Shown: piece after piece, positions 58,720-64,000 of the stretch | Position numbering within the stretch: position 1 is the first letter of the stretch | How the letters are laid out: the number at the start of each line of letters is the position of its first letter | Assembly: GCF_009914755.1 (NCBI RefSeq) | Contig: NC_060927.1 | Length of the DNA: 64,000 nucleotides | From: the human T2T-CHM13v2.0 reference genome, Homo sapiens | Reading direction: 5' to 3' (one strand) | Notes under the pieces: generated by a model | What the model saw: the letters and a program-made list of their open reading frames with translations, nothing else | Database searches by the model: none | What the model was told of the DNA's origin: nothing | Position numbers and translations under genes: made by a program

Positions 58720-59300
58720 TACCTACACGAGCAACACCCGGGAAGCAGGAGTCAGATGGACTGCGGGTCGCTGACCACTGCCTTGCCCACCCCCGCGCGT
58801 GCGCGACGACCGCACCAGCGCCAGAGGAGTCCCACGCCAAGCAGCCCCAGACATCGTGGGAGGGCGCCGTCTTCTCGCGCATGCGTTAGCGCCCGCGCAT
58901 GCGCGCCCTCGGCAGCTGTCTTTCCTTATTAGCCCTTTGCTCTCCTCAAGCGCGACCCGGACCCCGAACGCTGGACGCCTCAACTGCGACCCTCACTCCA
59001 CACTTCTCACCTTGCGCCCGGTTTTCTCCCGTAGGGCCTTCAGCCGTTCCTTTCGCCGCAACGCCTCTTCCTCTAGCCGGCCCACACCAGCCGTAGTCGC
59101 CTCCATCTTGCCCGCGTACGCCCCTCCTTTTCTCCCGTCTTGCATCGCGCAGGCCTAAGGAGAGTGGATAAATGTCTCGCGGCCAATCCAAGGACGAGAA
59201 TGAGAGACTGGGAGGTCCTGAAAGCCAATCAATGCGGGGTTATTATGGGCGAGCCCTCCCCGCCTTGCCCCGCCCCGCCCCGCCCCGCCCTTATTCTTCC
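58720..59300 (-). promoter_or_regulatory. CCDC12 CpG-island promoter: GC boxes, two CCAAT boxes, two NRF1 sites
   Basis: CpG-dense; tandem CCCCGCCCC at about 59267-59290; CCAAT at 59183-59187 and 59225-59229; GCGCATGCG(C/T) at 58877-58886 and 58895-58904; no TATA box. Confidence 0.85.
59011..59106 (-). CDS. CCDC12: CCDC12 coding exon 1 (MEATTAGVGRLEEEALRRKERLKALREKTGRK)
   Basis: ATG at 59106-59104 in strong context (aagATGg), 32 codons, donor AAG|gtgaga at 59010; peptide recognised as the CCDC12 N-terminus. An in-frame upstream ATG at 59145 adds MQDGRKGGAYAGK. Confidence 0.97.
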
Positions 59301-59475
59301 GGACAACTTGCCTAGTGGGTGGGGAGCCAGCAAAAAAAAAAAGAAAAAAAAAAAAGCTAAGGCTCGATTTATCCAACGCTGATCAGTGAAAGAGCAGCAA
59401 GTGGAATTCAGACCTGAGAGAAGGAGAAAAGAGTGCGTCGATCGCTCCGGTTTTGCCCAAGTACTAACCACACTA

Positions 59476-59909
<434 letters not shown>

Positions 59910-60868
59910 TTACACCTCTGCAGCTGTCAGTGGCTCCCCGGACTCACCTGACAAGCGCCCCTAAGCCCCTCTGTGACCACTCTCAGCTCAGACAAAGCCT
60001 GCACAGTGAGGGGGACCTGACTGTATGGCTGTTTCCCTCTGGACTCAAAGATGATCCCCTCTCATTCCCATCCCCTCCTGGAGCAGCAAAGTCCTCAGGG
60101 TCAAGTTACCTTTCCCGGGGAAGAGCAAACCCCAACCTGGGTCCAGTGGGCCTCAAGTACTGCCCCCAATCCCCAGCTTAGAAAGACTTGGGGTGGCCTC
60201 GACTGCAAGTCGCCACAAGATTCATGGCTACCCAGCAGAAGCTGCCAGAGTCTTCTTTCCTGCATGAACTAGAGTGTCCTGATAACCGCGAGACCACTTA
60301 GGCTGAAGTCAAGATATTCTTTCAGTATGTGGGGGTCCCCAAAGCCACACCCCCTCTCACTTGGGAATAGGAGACCATGCCGCCCCCTCTCCACCTCCAC
60401 TGCCAGGGGACAACTAGCCTCTTAGGCTGTTCCCTCCCTGAGTCTTCCCTTCCCAAGCTGGCTACAGGTGGACATCCACTCTTCCCCTTCCAACTCCCTT
60501 CAGAGGCCCATGGGCCACAGACTGCAGATCTAGCCCTCCCTTCACTAACCCTCTTGTCCTCACTAACCTGGGTCTGTCTAAGCCTTCTTCCCTGTAGTGG
60601 ATGGGTTGCTCTGCCAAGGCCTGGCATGCAGTTTGGAGGTGCTCAGGAAACCTCAGCTCAGAGCTATGATGGATGAAGCAGGACAAAAGGCCAGAGGTGA
60701 ACCAAGAAGCTGGGAGAACAAAACAGGACAGGGTCTCTGTTGTCTTGGCCAACCAAGGTCTAGGAGTCTCCAGACTGGTCAACTCCTGGAACGAGTAGCA
60801 CCTCTCTGGGCCCAGAAAACTTCTCCCCAGCCCCAACAAAGAGCCTGATCCCTGCCCAACACCAGGGG

Positions 60869-60970
60869 TTGGGTCCCTGCCACCATCACCCCGTGCCCCT
60901 TTCCCCGTGTCCAGACTGTGAGGTAAGGGGATGGGGAAGGGGGCACGAGGTGATGGTGGCAGGGACCCAA
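60869..60970. repeat. Inverted repeat, 38-bp arms (36/38 complementary), 26-nt spacer
   Basis: 60869-60906 ttgggtccctgccaccatcaccccgtgcccctttcccc versus 60933-60970 ggggaagggggcacgaggtgatggtggcagggacccaa. Confidence 0.95.
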
Positions 60971-61067
60971 AAAAGAGTCAGTCAAGCCTGGGTCCCTGCC
61001 CCTGCTGCCCAAGTGGTCCTCATTTGGTCAACTTGGGCCTCAGCTTCTCCATCTGTAAAACAGAGCC

Positions 61068-61365
61068 GGCCGGGTGCGGTGGCTCATGCCTATAATCCCA
61101 GCACTTTGGGAGGTCGAGGCGGGTGGATCATGAAGTCAGGAAATCCAGACCATCCTGGCTAACACGGTGGAACCCCGTCTCTACTAAAAATACAAAAAAT
61201 TAGCTGGGCCTGGTGACACGCGCCTGTAGTCCCAGCTACTCAGGAGGCTGAGGCAGGAGAATCACTTGAACCCAGGAGGCGGAGATTGCAGTGAGCCGAG
61301 ATCGAGTCACTGCACTCCAGCCTGGGCGACAGAGTGAGACTCTGTCTCAAAAACAAACAAAAAAC
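61068..61365 (+). mobile_element. Alu (Sc/Y-like) inserted in a MIR
   Basis: TSD aaaacagagcc; MIR core cctcagcttctccatctgtaaaa immediately upstream. Confidence 0.93.
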
Positions 61366-61699
61366 AGAGCCATGAGGCACCCACCTGTTGAGGTTAAAGA
61401 AACAACATATGTGAAGCAAGTTCTGGGCCCTGGAGTTGGGGAATGGGGGGAGCCCCTCCACTGGAGCGTTTGGGAAGGCTTCCTGGAGGAGGGAGGGGGA
61501 CCCGTGGCAACGGTCTAAGCCTCTCTGGGATCTGGGAGGGCACCGCGGCCCCGAAGGTATTTCAGGCTAGTCCTGCTACTCTCTAACTTCCCGCCATCAC
61601 ACTCCACAAACAGCTAGAGCTCAAAAGTTGCGTTTCGGTCTTCCCATAAAGCGACAGAGTAGCACCTGGCATTTGATAAGCGCTACAAGGGGTCGTCAT

Positions 61700-62580
61700 G
61701 GTGGTGGTGGTGATTATTGTTGAAGGACCCTCGCCACCTCCACGCGGCCCGCCGCCCCTTCCCTGAATGGCGGCAAATGCAGTCAGGCGAGCAGCGTCCT
61801 GGGCGGATTCAGACCCTGGGGAAGTCTGGAATTCCTCACCCCGACCCTCGTCCCGGAGGCTCAGGCTGGCCCTTCCAATGGCACTGGTGGGGCAGGGCGG
61901 CGGGGCACCCTCCCGGGCCGCCCGGCCCATAGGCCCCTCCTCCTGCCAGGCTCTCCGCCCTTTACATGGTCCCAGGAGAGGCGGGGCGGCGGTGACTGCG
62001 GCGAAGTGCAGGAAGCTGGGCGGCGGCCGGCAGTGAGGAGGAGGAGCGAGCAGACTTGGGTGGCTCTGCGCCGCGGAGGCCACAGCCGCAGACTTCCCCA
62101 GTAGTACCGCGCCGCTCCGCCCCGGAGTGACGCCCTCCGCCCATGGGCCTGGCCGAGGGCAACCGGCGGGCGGCGCGGAGGAGGCGGCGACAGGTGGCGC
62201 GCAGCAGGGCCGGAGCCGGGCCGGGCCATGGCCGCCTCGGAGCGGCTGTACGAGTTGTGGCTGCTCTACTACGCGCAGGTGAGCCCGCCCCGCCCCGCGC
62301 CCGCACCCGCACCCGCGGTGCCCCCAGCTTCGCGCGCCCCGCGCCTGCTGCACCTGGCGCCCCGCGCCGCTGGGGCCGCGTAGCCGCGCGCGCGCGCAGG
62401 GCATGCTCCGGCTCCGCACACACGTGTGTGCCCCCAGCCCGCCGGGTGCCTCTGGCACTTATGCCTTGGGGACAGAGCTCGCGGTCGTGCACTTCATAGC
62501 AACCCACCCCCGCGAGCAGGACCGTGCAGCCTGAGTCTTTCTTGCTAGAGGAGAGTGGCCTGGGCCGAGGCGGCCGGACA
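61700..62580 (+). promoter_or_regulatory. NBEAL2 CpG-island promoter, 5' UTR and start of intron 1
   Basis: Very high GC and CpG content; GC box GGCGGGGCGG at about 61981; ETS-like CAGGAAG at about 62009. Confidence 0.85.
62228..62278 (+). CDS. NBEAL2: NBEAL2 (neurobeachin-like 2) coding exon 1, MAASERLYELWLLYYAQ; gene continues beyond the window
   Basis: Kozak gccATGG at 62228, 17 codons, donor CAG|gtgagc; peptide recognised as the NBEAL2 N-terminus; NBEAL2 is the known neighbour of CCDC12. Confidence 0.95.
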
Positions 62581-63518
62581 CTTGGCCTTTTTACAAATGG
62601 GGAAACTGAGACCTGGAGAGACCTGGAGACTGGCCAGGAGGCTAGGGGGAGGGGGACTCAATTTGTCTATGAGCTGCCTCTCCCTTGGGCGCGGCCTGAT
62701 TGGGTGGTCGTGGCCAACGGGTCTGGGGGTGTGGGCCAAGGTAGGGAGGTGTGTGGAAGGGGAATGCTCCCACTTCAGGTCCTTCTTGAGTTGCATCCCC
62801 CCACACCCCAGCGAACAGGCTGTGATAAGCTCTTCCCTGACTTGAAATGACCCACCCCACCCCACCCCCATTCTGAGGGGTAGACCCAGGACCTCTCTAG
62901 GAGCAGAAGAAAAGGTTTTCCTCTGGATGCCCAGGGTGAGGGTGGGTCCTTGAGGCCCTGAGGGATGTCTGAAAAGGTTGGAGGGAGGCCCGTTCCTCCT
63001 GAGCTCCCAACCCATCTCAGAAAATACTTCAGGTGGAGTCAGAAGGTGAGGGGAGTGACTCAGACGTGGGTGTCCCATCAGCTGAGAACCTGGTATCACT
63101 CACACCGTCTCACACACATAGTCCCCCATTTTCCTTCTGTACCCACAGCAGGGAGGGATCCCAGGGTAACACTCCCCTCCCCTTCACCCAGCACCTCCCT
63201 CCCTGCACCTGCCTGGCATCATGCTCCTGGCTCAGGTGTGCCCTGGGCACAATGGACCATTGTGTGCCCTGAACAGTTTGTCAGTGGGGGGAATTCATGC
63301 TCAGACACGCTGGCCCTCCATAAGGAGGCTGGCCCACTGTCTTCCACGGACCTGGAGTCCAGGCCAGAAGGACCACAGCCTCTTCAGTCCGCTCAGGTTG
63401 TGAGAGGTCCAGGCCCCAGCAGGAGGCCAGGCATGGAGTAGAGTCCCTCTTTGGTATAACTCAGATCGAACTCGACTTCTGAGCCTCTGCTTCCTGCCTG
63501 TAAAACTGACACAGCCCT

Positions 63519-63838
<320 letters not shown>

Positions 63839-64000
63839 TCAGGGGCTTCCTGGACTCTGTGGAGAGGTAGCCATTATAGCTGGTCCAGACCAGAGAAGGC
63901 TCCTGTTTTCCTGGCCCCATTGGGTCCCCTCGCCCCAGCTTCTCTGCCTGCATCCCCAGTGGTTGTGAAGGAGCAGAGGGTTTGAAGAGAAGCCTACCCT

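Noticed and set aside
61583-62458. 291-aa minus-strand ORF (and 181-aa ORF 61962..62507)
   Set aside because: Lies in the NBEAL2 CpG island, where stops are rare; low-complexity Arg/Gly/Ala/Pro content, no recognisable domain, and a non-ATG start.

Overview
Hominid (almost certainly human, 3p21.31) genomic DNA; no prokaryotic-type system is present. The minus strand carries the complete 7-coding-exon CCDC12 gene, a spliceosomal Cwf18-family protein. Its exons of 96+68+80+62+35+77+83 = 501 nt give 166 aa plus stop, all GT-AG, with an optional 13-aa in-frame N-terminal extension. Coding exon 1 of NBEAL2 (MAASERLYELWLLYYAQ) starts head-to-head on the plus strand about 3.1 kb away, on its own CpG island. 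Most of the window is CCDC12 intron 1 (35.6 kb) and intron 2 (15.5 kb), filled with about 30 Alus, a full-length SVA with TSD, a MER51-type solo LTR, old L1/L2/MIR pieces and DNA-transposon MITEs (MER44A, MADE1, MER30, MER33). Less obvious items: a 5'-truncated BLVRB retro-pseudogene; three clustered Pumilio/CFIm UGUANAUA elements beside a non-canonical poly(A) signal; two CCDC12 introns that are in-frame and stop-free; a candidate poison or mutually exclusive exon; a GATA/E-box/CRE cluster about 31 kb upstream of NBEAL2; a TSD-bounded composite LTR-Alu insertion; a near-perfect 38-bp-arm inverted repeat between the two promoters; and an overlapping uORF in the NBEAL2 leader. Gene and repeat names come from recall of known sequences, not database searches, and repeat boundaries are approximate.
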